From: Eledone cirrhosa
Taxonomy: Eukaryota
NCBI GenBank assembly: GCA_964016885.1
Contig: OZ024755.1
Span: forward strand, 4,836,001-4,900,000
Reading direction: 5' to 3'
DNA length: 64,000 nt
In this document: positions 38,605 through 51,431 of the stretch, piece by piece
Numbering within the stretch: position 1 is the first letter of the stretch
Layout of the letters: each line of letters begins with the position of its first letter
Notes under the pieces: model-generated
Seen by the model: only the letters and a program-made list of their open reading frames with translations
The model's database searches: none
Told to the model about the DNA's origin: nothing
Position numbers and translations under genes: made by a program

Positions 38605-39516
38605 TGGGTATTCTGTAGACTGACAACATAGTAATAGTTAGTATCAGGGTCATTTACTAAGGTATTCTGTAGACTAACAACATAGTAATAGTTAGTGTCA
38701 GGGTCATTTACTAAGGTATTCTGTAGACTGACAACATAGTAATAGTTAGTGTCAGGGTCATTTACTAAGGTATTCTGTAGACTGACAACATAGTAATAGT
38801 TAGTGTCAGGGTCATTTACTAAGGTATTCTGTAGACTGACAACATAGTAATAGTTAGTTTCAGGGTCATTTACTAAGGTATTCTGTAGACTGACAATATA
38901 GTAATAGTTAGTTTCAGGGTCATTTACTAAGGTATTCTGTAGACTGACAACATAGTAATAGTTAGTTTCAGAGTCATTTACTAAGGTATTCTGTAGACTG
39001 ACAACATAGTAATAGTTAGTGTCAGGGTCATTTACTAAGGTATTCTGTAGACTGACAACATAGTAATAGTTAGTGTCAGGGTCATTTACTAAGGTATTCT
39101 GTAGACTGACAACATAGTAATAGTTAGTGTCAGGGTAATTTACTAAGGTATTCTGTAGACTGACAACATAGTAATAGTTAGTGTCAGGGTCATTTACTAA
39201 GGTATTCTGTAGACTAACAACATAGTAATAGTTAGTGTCAGGGTAATTTACTAAGGTATTCTGTAGACTGACAACATAGTAATAGTTAGTTTCAGGGTCA
39301 TTTACTAAGGTATTCTGTAGACTAACAACATAGTAATAGTTAGTTTCAGGGTCATTTACTAAGGTATTCTGTAGACTGACAACATAGTAATAGTTAGTGT
39401 CAGGGTCATTTACTAAGGTATTCTGTAGACTGACAACATAGTAATAGTTAGTTTCAGGGTCATTTACTAAGGTATTCTGTAGACTGACAACATAGTAATA
39501 GTTAGTGTCAGGGTCA
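38605..39516. repeat. 57-bp minisatellite, ~16 copies
   Basis: Unit GGTATTCTGTAGACTGACAACATAGTAATAGTTAGTGTCAGGGTCATTTACTAA-type; period is 19 codons on the minus strand. Confidence 0.95.
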
Positions 39517-39522
39517 TATATA

Positions 39523-39609
<87 letters not shown>

Positions 39610-39639
39610 ACTATGTTATCATTTAGATACAAATGTTTC

Positions 39640-39822
39640 TTTGGCTGCCTATTTCAGATTTCTAATAACTTTCTTGAGTTCAAATCCTGTCACGGTTAGC
39701 TTCGATTTTCATCATTATGGGGGTCAATAAAATAAAGTACCAGTAATACACTGAGGGCAATTTAATCGACTTTCCCCTTCCCAGAACTTGTTGGTCGTTT
39801 GCCTAACCCAGAAACCATTATT
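39640..39822 (+). mobile_element. SINE family A, degenerate head
   Basis: B box GAGTTCAAATCC and the core are present. Confidence 0.75.
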
Positions 39823-40438
39823 TCATGCAAGATTGGTTTACATGAATGGTAGAACGTAATAAGTAAGATTAAACAATGAGATGAACTTTAAGGACATTAG
39901 ATTGTGTGTGTTAGAACAACAAATATGATACATCTCTACATAGATATGTAATATTTATGTAATATATTTACTATATAAGGTAGTTAACAATAGAAGAGAG
40001 ACTGAGGCGGATGTGGTGAGGTTAAATCTAGGGATAATAGGGCTTCACAAGATAAAACTTGATTAAATATTGCAACAGAAATGGCACTCTGCCATATTGT
40101 AGGTCTTTCATGTCTACGACAGCATGAAAAGCTGGACATTAAAAGATGATATTAATGATTATGGTGATGTTATTATATTTAATTTACAGACAAAACCTGT
40201 TTTTTTACGTACTCTGTCCTATTATAATGATACATAAAAAATGTATCTCTTGAATATTTGTAATATAAAATTTTAAGCACCACCTTTATTGTACATATAT
40301 GTATAGTACATATATGTATAGTACATATATGTACTATACATATATGTATAGTACATATATGTAGAGTACATATATGAATCTTCATAAACAGAAATCTACT
40401 ACTTTGTATATTTATATATTGTGTATATGATTATTTGG

Positions 40439-40654
40439 AGTTTAAGGGTCAGTCTACCTAGTTTAAAGGTCAGTCTGCCTAGTTTAAGGGTCAGTCTGCC
40501 TAGTTTAAGGGTCAGTCTGCCTAGTTTAAAAGTCCGTCTGCCTAGTTTAAGGGCCAGTCTGCCTAGTTTAAGGGTCAGTCTGCCTAGTTTAAGGGCCAGT
40601 CTGCCTAGTTTAAGAGCCAGTCTGCCTAGTTTAAGGGTCAGTCTGCCTAGTTTA
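40439..40654. repeat. 21-bp minisatellite, ~10 copies
   Basis: Unit AGTTTAAGGGTCAGTCTGCCT. Confidence 0.95.
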
Positions 40655-40974
40655 TCTCGTGTCATTTACATGTTTATTTTTTACAGATTTATATGCAACT
40701 TTTAACGATGGCAACATTCAATTTGGAGACGTATGAAATATTTAACTAATTATCATCTCTAAATTAATTTAACTCCAGTTGTGTTGCATGAAACGCAAAA
40801 ACCAAACATATAAATAGCATTTGCCTATTTATTCACTGCAGAAATATTTCTAATTAGTTTTTTTAATTATGCTTAATGCATTAAATATGTTAACACTAAC
40901 TTGTTAATTATTTTTTTATGTACGTGCATATTTGAATAATTAATCTATGATATATATGTGTATTTAAAAAATAC

Positions 40975-41300
40975 CCAGTCCAACCTGTTAGTTGTTTTGG
41001 TGCCACAATAAATTACACTTGGTAAAGTGGTTGTGTTGGTGATATTACAAAAAGCACCCAGTCCAACTTATCAATAAGTCATTTTGGACCCAGTCCACAC
41101 AGTAAATGTGGTTGTTGGCATTAGGAAGGGCATCCAGACATAGAACCCAAACCAGAAAGAGTTCTGTACGAGCAAGACTCAGCCACCTGATCTGGCTTGT
41201 CTCCCAACGTTTGGACAATTCGTCTAACCCATGCTAGCTTGGAAAAATAGATGTTAAATGGTGGTGATGATGATGATGATGGTGGTGATGATAACGATGA
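40975..41300 (+). mobile_element. family C SINE-like element
   Basis: TTGGCATTAGGAAGGGCATCCAG...AACCCATGCTAGCTTGGAAAAATAGATGTTAAA followed by (TGA)n. Confidence 0.7.
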
Positions 41301-42074
41301 TCGTGGTGGTAGTGATGATGTATTTTGCTGTCTGTAATGGTTATACATTGACACTCTGGCATCCTGACAGACTAAACTACTGGAATATGTTTATGGTTTA
41401 TGTAATGATTTTAGTAGTAGTAGCAGCAGCAGTATTGGTAAAGGCAGCATTAACATAAACAAACCATTTTTTTTTTTTTGGCTTCTTTCTTCTGCCACTC
41501 TAATTTGCAATAATTTACCAAAGAGAGAGAAAGAGAGTGCTGATGTCTTTTATTTTATATTTTTTTTATATTTCAACACAAGCTTCTGATTGTAAATGTT
41601 GTAAGAAACAAGTCCTCATTCTACATTAGTGGAACAGTCAAAGTTCAGTGAACAATTTCAGAATACAGAATACAAGTAGTGTGTTTTTTTGTTTTTTTTT
41701 ACTGTTTTAGTCCGACAAATTAAAACTACCAAGCCCTTATGTGATTATTTGAAATATCTGAAATAAATATGTACATTAGTTATGTGAGTCAGTGTAGACA
41801 ACATAGTTTAAATAAATCTCTTGCTGAACTAGTTTTTTTTTGTTGGTTAGTTTATATATTTGCTAATTAACTAAAAAATGTCGTTAACCTAAACATTGCA
41901 AGCTTAAACCCATGTTTTAATGTTTATTCTGTGAACTTACAATAAACCTGACAGAGATAAAATATCTTGATTTTTTTTTGTTCTTTTTATCAAAGAAAAC
42001 TTTGTTAAATAAACAGAAGAATGTTACAAAGAAAATTTTTAACATTTTTTATCATCAATGATAACATTGATAAA

Positions 42075-42320
42075 TGGATATAGCTGAAAAATATATATTT
42101 CAAATATTGATATAGCTATAGTCCCCTTGGAAATATATATTTTAAATATTGATATAGCTGTGGTTCCCTTAGAAATATATATTTTAAATATTGATATAAC
42201 TGAGGTCCCTTTAAAAAAAAATATATTCTAAATATGGATATAGCTGTGGTCCCTTGAAAATATATATTTTAAATATGGATGTATCTATGGTCCTTTGAAA
42301 AAAATATATTTTAAATATGT
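42075..42320. repeat. ~41-bp degenerate minisatellite
   Basis: AAATATATATTTTAAATATTGATATAGCTGTGGTCCCTT is repeated about 6 times. Confidence 0.85.
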
Positions 42321-42329
42321 ATATATATG

Positions 42330-42622
42330 ACTACCTGTGTTCAGATAAATGGTGTTAAATCGAAACCATTCAATGTGAAAGTCAGACCCTGCCAAAGGTG
42401 GGTACTGTCAACACACCTGTTCATTATTTTCATGAACAGGATTGACATATGCAGCTGGGTTAGAAGTGGTATCACAACTGGTAGGTGTAGAAATCTGTTA
42501 GCTGGAATTTTCCAGCGACATGGTGATGACATGGTGATACTTAACTCGACAGAAGGTGATCTCTGACTTGTGCTTGATAGGTTTGATGCCAAGTACTGCA
42601 TGGCTGGAATGAAAATCAGTGC
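42330..42622 (+). mobile_element. RTE LINE RT fragment
   Basis: VQINGVKSKPFNVKV..Q.WVLS..LFIIFMNRI...GDDMVIL....GDL*LVLDRF.....AGMKIS: degenerate RT motifs including the ADD-equivalent. Confidence 0.8.
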
Positions 42623-43489
42623 TGCATAAAATATATATGATAAATATGGTATATATTAACTTCTTAGATAACTTTGTAATTAATTATTATTTTAAAATGG
42701 TGACTTGAGATTTTGATAATGAAGATATTTATTTAAATATGTTTAATACAACGTAGTTTACCTTCTGGCAATGTTTCAGAATCAGAATTGATCATGTATT
42801 CCATTGATATCAACATGCAGCATGTCCCTATTGATATCAAAGAATACATATTTCAATTGTATATCTTCTATTTTGTTCCAATAAAATGTTATGTAATAAA
42901 CTCTTTTATTACCTGCATGTATTGAACATAAATATGAATGCTATGGCAATGACAATAATGACTAGAAAGAAAAATAAATAAAATGAATAAAAAAAGACTT
43001 TGACTTGCTCCTATATTGTTTAATCTATCAACTCTTTAATCCATGTTGAGGAGAAAGAACAAGACATGAGAGGGAGGGTGAGGGGTTAGAAGGAGGGGGG
43101 AAAGAGAGTGGCAGAGAGAGGGAGATGACAAAAGCTAGACAGAGAAAGGTGAAAGAGAGAGGAAGGGAAGAGAGAAAGAAGTAGAGGGGGAGAGAGAGAG
43201 AAGCTATGAAGCTACTCAACCCGGATGTAAATTTGGGTCCTGCCAATTGTCTTTTCATTTTCATCTATATCTTTAATTAGATTAAATATTAAACAAAAGT
43301 CTCCTTTGAAACATCCTCGTGTAATAATTAATTGCAGTTTCTTTAGTTTCTGGAATGTGGCAAATGGAGAAGAGGAATAAGAACAATCATCATCATCTTC
43401 ATAATTTTATAACATCATTATCAACACCACCATCATCATAATTTCATGTCACCATCACCACCACCTTCAACATCATCATTATATGTCTG

Positions 43490-43672
43490 AATTGGCAGTA
43501 TCGGTAGAGGGTCGGACGCCATGCTTTGACGCATAGAGTTACGGCCCTTGCCATTCTGAGTTCAAATCCCGTCGCCGTTAACTTTGCCTTTCATCCTAAC
43601 GGGGGTCGATAAAATAAAGTACCAGTAATACACTGGGATAATTGCTGGCCTTGTGCCTATTGTAGAAACAAT
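43490..43672 (+). mobile_element. SINE family A, young copy
   Basis: Intact boxes, nearly identical head to the 25030 copy; TSD TATGTCTG. Confidence 0.92.
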
Positions 43673-44375
43673 TATGTCTGTTGTTCCACATTTGCTTGGG
43701 TTTGACAGGTCCTTCTCAGTACAGCATCCCTCCACTCCTCGGGGTCTTGTGGGGGGCGGGGGCTGGTTTAGTAACCGACCACTTGACCATAAAGCAGGTT
43801 ATACTGGCTGGGTTACATGGTACCAGTAGCAGACAGAAGCTTGAGCTGACCAAAGTTGTCCAACATATCCATTAAAATTACCAGCTGTAATCAAGGTCAC
43901 AGTCTGTATAAGGAATTTATAAAAATTGTCCTTCACGTCCTCTGTCAGTCTAGATTGCCGTCTATATGCACAGATAATTTTTATTCACTCAGTTACCCCT
44001 TATCTGCTAATAATAAGTTTATTCCACCCAACACATGACTGTTACCCACCCAGAAAAGTTTCTAGCATTCTATTTTGGCCATGAGTTTGGCTGTAGTTCC
44101 TCTCCATCTTGTATACAGTACACAATCATTTGTTTTCTATTTAGCATCTCTACAATCTTACCTGACCTATCTTTCATTGTGCTGACAGTGATGGTGGCAA
44201 CCTCAAATGTTTGGAACATAGGAAGAGGTATGACAAATGGTTTTGTAGGGTGGATAGATCGACATTGACTTTCTGTGTCTGAAATGAAGAAGTTCTTTCA
44301 TAGCTGTCTGCTCACATTTGAAGGGTTTTACGAACATGATGAATTCTTCAAGCCTTTTAAATGACTACCTATTTA

Positions 44376-44576
44376 CGGGGGGATAAGCTGAAAAGTTCAT
44401 ATGCTTATTATGAAGGAATTATGCTAGAGCTGTGAAATCTTGCATGCATTAATTTCAACTCTTCTTATTAATAACTGCATTGTTTCTTTCTGGGGACTAT
44501 GTTGAAAAAATATACCTCATTTAGTAATTCCATGAGAGTATCTTAGTCAGCCTTTGAACTTTTCAGCTGATCCTTG
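44376..44576. mobile_element. mariner-like MITE
   Basis: TA-flanked TIRs containing AGCTGAAAAGTTCA / TGAACTTTTCAGCT. Second copy at 57854-58037 and fragments at 36955-37150. Confidence 0.8.
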
Positions 44577-44874
44577 TATTTCACCAAACATTAGTACTAA
44601 ATATCATTAACATGCCCTAGTATTTATGATGATGGTGATGGTGATACTGTAATGCTTCATGAGAACAGTTTTACGTCACGTCTGATCTCTGCCTTCCACC
44701 ACTTGTTTATCTCCTCACTACCTCCTCTACTGCAGATTTACTCTCGAATCAAATGTAAAGAAATTGAAATAATACAACCCGCATCTCTCAAACCTGGTTT
44801 ATTCAGTTTTAATTTAGACTCAGTGACTGCTATCTGGTGGGGTGGACGGCTGTCAGCTACAACCACCTCTGGAG

Positions 44875-45190
44875 GAATGAAAGGAGAAGTTTTGCCAGGG
44901 TCGAACTCAGAACGTAAAGAGTCAGAACAAATGCCACAAAACATTTTGTCCGTCGCTCTATCGATTCTGCTACTCCCCCGCCCCCCTGAATAATTGTTTC
45001 TGATTCAAGTTCAAGGCTAACAATTTTGAGAGAGGGTAAAGTCGATTAAATCGACCGCAGTGCATTACTGGTACTTTATTGTATTATCGACCCCTATAAG
45101 GTTGAAAGACAAAGTTAACCTTGGCAGGAATCGAACTCAAAGTATTTTGTTCATCGCCCTATCGATTCTGTTAATCCCCCACCCCACTAC
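44875..45190 (-). mobile_element. two SINE family A copies
   Basis: Two B boxes on the minus strand (GAGTTCGACCC, GAGTTCGATTCC) plus core. Another degenerate copy is at 45550-45760. Confidence 0.8.
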
Positions 45191-46023
45191 CGAATAATCA
45201 AAATCAATGAAACGTAATTATGATTAATCGAAATTTGTTTGCTTTAGACATTTTGTGGACATAAAATCGAAATTTAATCCAAATTTTAACTATTTTCCCA
45301 ATTATAAATCACTATATGTTTAATTCTGTTCATGTATAAACAAATGCAACACGTTTGCACATTGTTCGATGTTGGTAGTTGCAGTTTTCTAGCAAGGCTC
45401 TGCAGCGGCGGCTACTGGTTGCTATACTTTGCACACATTTGAAATTTTAGAGAGACTGCAGTATAAACCTCGTTAAACATTCCATACAGAAGCAAATAAA
45501 TGTTCCTTCCTACTGCTAGCCAACAGACATATTGATTTCTAAACATCCGTACAAACGCCTCAACATTTTTGGAAGGGTATCTATCATATATTAAGACTGA
45601 CTGGTACTTTATTTTATCGACCACATTACAGAACTATGAAAGCAAAGTTGACCTCTGCAGGATTCAAAATCATCAGAACGTAGTAGTAATAATAAAAATA
45701 ATAATATGCTATAAAAGCATTTATTTTGTCAGATTTTGCTCTACCGATTTTACTAAATTTACAATTAGCAATAATTAACAGTAGATTTTAGATATTTATC
45801 AGAAATGTATAAAATAAAAGCTGGTATAGTTTTCTATAGTTTGTATTTTATTCTCTATTTTAGACATGACAGACATTTTATACAAAACAGTCGGTTTTAT
45901 ATAGATGTGTTAATAAAAATAATTGTTTATATATATATATATATATATATTTTCTATGATTTAGGCTCCTTTCTCTCTCTCTATGTATATATATATTTTA
46001 CATTTGAAATATAAACACACAAA

Positions 46024-46098
46024 AGGTGTCCCAAAAATGTATACACACTTTTATTAGAATGCTGTTGAAGTGCGTAAATTATTTTTGGGGACACCCTC
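46024..46098. mobile_element. ~80-bp Tc1/mariner-like MITE
   Basis: GGTGTCCCAAAAAT...ATTTTTGGGGACACCCT. Copies at 49346-49422 and 50265-50343. Confidence 0.75.
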
Positions 46099-46125
46099 TG
46101 TGTGTGTGGATATATATATATATAT

Positions 46126-46337
46126 ATTATGTTGTCACATTTCAATATCTGAAATATACATATATATATTTTATGTTGTCACATTTCAATTTCTGAAATA
46201 TACATATATATATTTTATGTTGTCACATTTCAATTTCTGAAATATACATATATATATTTTATGTTGTCACATTTCAATTTCTGAAATATACATATATACA
46301 TATTAAGTTGTCACATTTCAATATCTGAAATATACAT
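46126..46337. repeat. ~43-bp tandem repeat, 5 copies
   Basis: Unit TTATGTTGTCACATTTCAATTTCTGAAATATACATATATATATT. Confidence 0.9.
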
Positions 46338-48088
46338 TTACCTAAATAAAGAAAACATTGCAATGATCTATCCCATATCTATTAAAGAAAGAATTATAAT
46401 TATTATTATAGAGAAACAGAGATATTTAAATAAATAAATATACCGTTTGATTAGTGAAAGCACTAACAATCTTTTTTCTAGTAGCGGACTTGCCACTCCA
46501 CAACAAATATTGTTGTATGCGGTACAGAGTATACCATATATATATTTCTGAAGAATTAATTGATCGAGAGAACGTGTTAGTGGATAAGAAAGAGAAAGAA
46601 AGACGATTATTTAAATTAAATTAACACAATTGGACCTTGATATTATGTTAAAAAAATTTTAATAAAAAAAGTTGTTTATATAATAATTATGACTGCCTAC
46701 CATACCACACACTAAAAAAATTCACAAACGTGCCGCATGTTGTGTGATTTTCATTAGGCCTACAAATATCTATAGTTAAATTATTTGTAAATCCTTCCCG
46801 GTTTTTTCTTGTGTAAAATATATATTTAAATTAATGAAAATGTCGATTATCGTAATATTACCTCTCTGTTATTCTTAATTTAAAATATATATATTTAGGA
46901 AGCACTGATCATATCAAATCCTCGAAATTAGTCGAGGAAACAATTTAGGGATCGAAAAAGAAAAAAGTAGAAATAATTAAAGTTTAAATTGTTTTGTTCA
47001 TCTAATATTATCAGGCAGTTATCATAGTAGTAGTTGTAGAGGACATAGGAAGGATCGAGTGAGTGAAACTGCTAAACTATTATTTTGAGGCTTGGATCAC
47101 GGCTTTCTCTCTCCATCAGTTGGTGATTGCTCTGTAGTAGAACTAACAGTAGATGACCCAGTTAGATGCAGTGACCTAGTAAATAGAGTAACAAAATAAA
47201 ATAAAGTATATTAACTAAAATCAGCAAAGAGGCAAATCGTGAGTGCTGCTGGCTGCTGGGGCAATCCTTTCTCCGATTAGAATATTATGGCGGGGTTGAC
47301 AGTTTATCTGACTCGTAAGAAAGTAGTTGTATGAAGTGGTAAATGCTAGTAAAGCTTTAGAAATAGTTTATATATATATATACACATATTGTGTGTGTAT
47401 ATATATATTTATATATATACAGTCACAAACACATATACGAACACACTCATATGTAGACACACACATGTACATGTACTAACACACATACATGTAGACACAC
47501 ATTCGTACAGTCACACTGACTGATGTACACACACGTACACATACACACGGTGTAACATGGTTTTCAGAGTACGATCTTCAGATGCTGTGTTAGGGATATT
47601 GCCACGCTGTGTGTAGTAAATCACCGAAACAGATTGTCATTCAGTTTGGGGTTAAACAATTTAATACAGAAATGTATAATACAGAAGAGAGATGTATTTA
47701 TCTTTTCGGATTTATATGATTGCTAGAGAAATGGGGGGAATATATATATACGTATAAAGAGGGACGGACAATATATACATATATACTATATATATTATTT
47801 TTAGCTGTATTATATACGACTATCAGTGAAGCGATTCATTTTAAGTTCGTATATAGTCCCTTTCAGTTTCCTTGTGTGTTTTAAATGTGTGTCTCCTTCG
47901 ATCGAGTTAATATAGTTTTATAATCAGACACAAACATAGGTACATACACACACACATATATATATCTATAAATCTATACATATTTATATATATGTAAACC
48001 GGAACGTGTTTCTCGCTGGACCTTTTTATACCTCAGGATTTTCCCTTCTTCATCGATATATTAAGGTATATATTTGAAAAAATCGATC

Positions 48089-48170
48089 ATGGCTGCTTTA
48101 GATACGGACTCCTTTAGCAGGCAAACTTCGCTTCGAAGATCAAGAAGAAAACCTAACACGCCATATGCAA
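48089..48170 (+). CDS. candidate first coding exon, MAALDTDSFSRQTSLRRSRRKPNTPYA (phase-1 donor)
   Basis: ATCATGG start context, open frame and consensus donor CAA/GTAAGT within the CpG-rich domain. Alternative reading: internal exon 48102-48170, IRTPLAGKLRFEDQEENLTRHMQ. Confidence 0.5.
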
Positions 48171-48397
48171 GTAAGTTTCCTAGGATATCCTTATTGTTAT
48201 TGATATGATATCTTTCTTCCTCTTTATACCTCCTTCTGCTAGATTTTTTTAATGTCTCTACTACGGATCTCTTAGAATTATAGAGACTCTATTTCCGATT
48301 ATATATATATAATCATTTCTATAATAAAATTAATATATCTTCTCTGTATTGAGTACATTTTTGACAGTGCTCGCCTTCCGATTTACATCGGGATCCT

Positions 48398-48431
<34 letters not shown>

Positions 48432-49025
48432 GAAGCGAAGTTTTATTTGTTGTAGAAGAAATGACGAACACGACAAATGCCAACAATTCTGGTTGAATAT
48501 ATATCTTTACTTCACTTCCACAAAAATGAAAAAAGAAATATTACTTCCAATCGTGAATAGGTTTGAATATAGTATTCAGTAAAGCCTTAGTGTTGTACAC
48601 GAATCTTTTATTTACTCTGGATTTTTACCTTAAAAGAAAAGTGACAAGTTGACAGTGCATGGCTGGTGTAGTAGTAAACTGTTATATATCGAGGTTGTGT
48701 AGGTGAAGAGGTTAAGGATTAAGTGAGTTGGGACCACAGGACAACCTATTTATAATGACCACTAGTTATTTTACTGATAGATAACAGATGGCCCTAGAAT
48801 ATGTTCTACTTCCTAGGACTGGTGCTCGGTAGAATTTATCGTCTTCTCTGCGAGGTCGCAGGTCCTTTACTTAGCGGCCGTGTCCGTAAGGGCAAAGAAA
48901 ACACCGTGGGAGAACAGTTCTTTGCCCCTCCTCCATATATATATATGTATAAAGTTCCACAACACATTAGCAAACCAGCTTTATACACTACTCACTACAG
49001 ATATAACCTCCCGGTGTTTTACCAC

Positions 49026-49068
<43 letters not shown>

Positions 49069-49080
49069 GTATGGTCGTTT

Positions 49081-49251
49081 TATTATAGAAATTACTTCTA
49101 CAGGACAAGAACTGATGATTTCTTACGAATGAAACAGAACTAGTCCTGTAGAAGTTATTTCTATAATAGAATGAATATACTTTTTATACTCTACTAATGT
49201 ATTGAGTATATTTTTTGACAGTGGTCGCCTTCCGATCTACATTGGGATCCC
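49081..49251 (+). mobile_element. fold-back element with a hammerhead core and the GTATTGAGTA motif
   Basis: 26-bp IR (49081-49106 / 49143-49168) enclosing CTGATGA tTTC-ttac-GAAt GAAAC agaacta GTC. The 3' part GTATTGAGTA..TTTTTGACAGTG.TCGCCTTCC...GGGATCC is shared with 48315-48400 and 51335-51430. Confidence 0.7.
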
Positions 49252-49688
49252 ACACACATATATATATACACACATACAAACACACTTAAAAATGAAGAAA
49301 AACCAAGGTTAACTTAAATCCATTCTTTAATTTCACACATATATGTAGAGTGTCCCAAAAATGTATTCATACTTTTATTAGAGTGCTGTTGAAGTATGTA
49401 TACATTTTTGGCGAACTCCCTGTATATATATATCAATCTGGTCATAAACCCATCCCATATATCAAACAATTTAATGTTAACTATAGGTTCTTTTACTCAT
49501 CGTTCCTACTCAGCTGTGGAGTGTAGTAGCTATAATTAATTTTATAACCCAGCCTAACCAGTGCCCGAATATTTTAAATGGCTTAATGCTAACTATTGAA
49601 TATTTTAGCTATTAATTTCACCGTGACAGAGATAATTTATCACCAAATTAATCTTAAACACAACTACATATACATATATATGTGTGTG

Positions 49689-49723
<35 letters not shown>

Positions 49724-50936
49724 TTAATTTAATGCTAAATAGTGAGTTTCGCTTACTTATTAAAACTCTACTTCGGTTTTGAGTACTCTTTTCTCTCAGT
49801 CGTCAACCAGATACCAATATATATATATATATATATATAACAAACATCCAATTCAGGATTGCTATATATATATAATTTGAATTAAGTGTGGGCTGACATT
49901 GTCAGGCCATTTTTTTGCCCAATTTTACAAAGCCCTTCCTTCAAAATATATTAAATATATTTTTAGCGTATTTTCCCAGTTTAAATCCCTCTTTAACATT
50001 ATTGGTTGCTTCCGAAACTAAAATCTAATTAAATTGACATTTGACTGTCGCTATTTAAACCCCATTCTCTCGGTTCATATGCTGTATAAATTAGTCAATT
50101 TGAAAAACAAAATAATTAACGAATATATCAAATTAAATATCAACAAACTACAGCTAGTATTTAAATTTAAAAGTAATATTTCACAAATCCTTTCTTTTAA
50201 ACAACCTTTGGGAAAGAAGATATATATCTTTGCGTACATGCACATACATACACACAAATATATACAGGGTGTCCACCAAAAATGTATACATACTTCAACA
50301 GCATTCTAATCAAAGTGTGTATACATTTTTTGGGGACACCCTCTCTCTCTATATATATTTATTAATATATTATATTATATTGTAATATAATATATATAAA
50401 TTTTGCAAAGAGGAAGTTGACAGTAACTTCGAAGTTTCGACAATCCTATTTCACAACTATAGTTTTGGAATGACCAATAAATACCTTGTCTGTGGAATTT
50501 GGTAGATGGAAACTGGGTCTTCTTTCCTTTTAAGTAAATATTATCTATCACTTAATTTAGACAATTTTTTTTTTACAATCACTGGTAATCACTGTACATA
50601 ATCGAACAATAATATAGATGAATAGATTGAAAATGAAGGCAATGGGGCAATAAATGAATATAGATGGTACTTGATTGATCTGTATTTATAAATTTCGAAT
50701 GATTTATTAGTAAAAAAGAATGTTTAACATTAAATTACGTTTGATAATGATTAAGGAGAATTGAAAGAACGCTGTATCTGGATGATAATTGATTTAAGCG
50801 AATGTAAAATGAAAGTATCGATTTAATAATGTCTGAAGATCGCAGATACGTTATGTCTACTTAAAACGAAAGAACGCCTGGAAATTGTTACAAAAAATCC
50901 CGTCATGTATGTATGTGTGTATGTATATATATATAT

Positions 50937-51073
50937 AACGAAGGTGTGATAACGCACCAGAGTACTCAATACGCAGGGTAATAGGAAAATGTTTAACCCG
51001 ACGGCAGAGCTCAAGTCCAGAAATAGCCGTCGAAACGGCTTGATCTCTGCCGTCGGGGTTAAACATTTTCCTA
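50937..51073 (-). mobile_element. fold-back element with a half hammerhead and GTATTGAGTAC, in (TA)n
   Basis: IR arms 50982-51015 / 51039-51073 and GAAACGGC...GCCGTC. Same family as 10724-10860 and 57397-57528. Confidence 0.7.
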
Positions 51074-51084
51074 TATATATATGA

Positions 51085-51304
51085 GACACGCCGTCGGTTA
51101 CGACGACGAGTATTCCAGTCGAACTGCCTGCTCATGGAATTAACTGCAAGTGGCTGAGTATTCCACATACACACGTATCCTTAACGTAGTTCTCAGGGAG
51201 ATTCAGCGTGCCACAGACTGTGACAAGGCTGGCCATTTGAACTACAGGTACAACTCATCTTTGCCAGCTGAGTGGACTGGAGCAACGTGAAATAAAGTGT
51301 CTTG
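51085..51304 (-). mobile_element. SINE family B, 5'-truncated
   Basis: Reverse complement of 4010-4227. Confidence 0.8.
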
Positions 51305-51431
51305 TGTATATATATACATACACACACACACACATTTCTATAATAGAATGAATATACCTACTATACTCTATTAACGTATTGAGTACCTTTTTTGACAGGG
51401 CTCGCCTCCCTTTTACATTGGGATCCTACAG

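Larger units (their letters stand above)
44700..51430. promoter_or_regulatory. CpG-retaining (putatively unmethylated) promoter domain
   Basis: CpG dinucleotides are visibly more frequent than in the flanks, including inside old repeats (judged by eye, not counted). ETS-like CCGGAA at 47999 lies just upstream of the candidate exon. Confidence 0.5.

Noticed and set aside
47550-47592. Minus-strand CTGAAGA...GAAA hammerhead-like motif
   Set aside because: Stem II and stem I do not pair.
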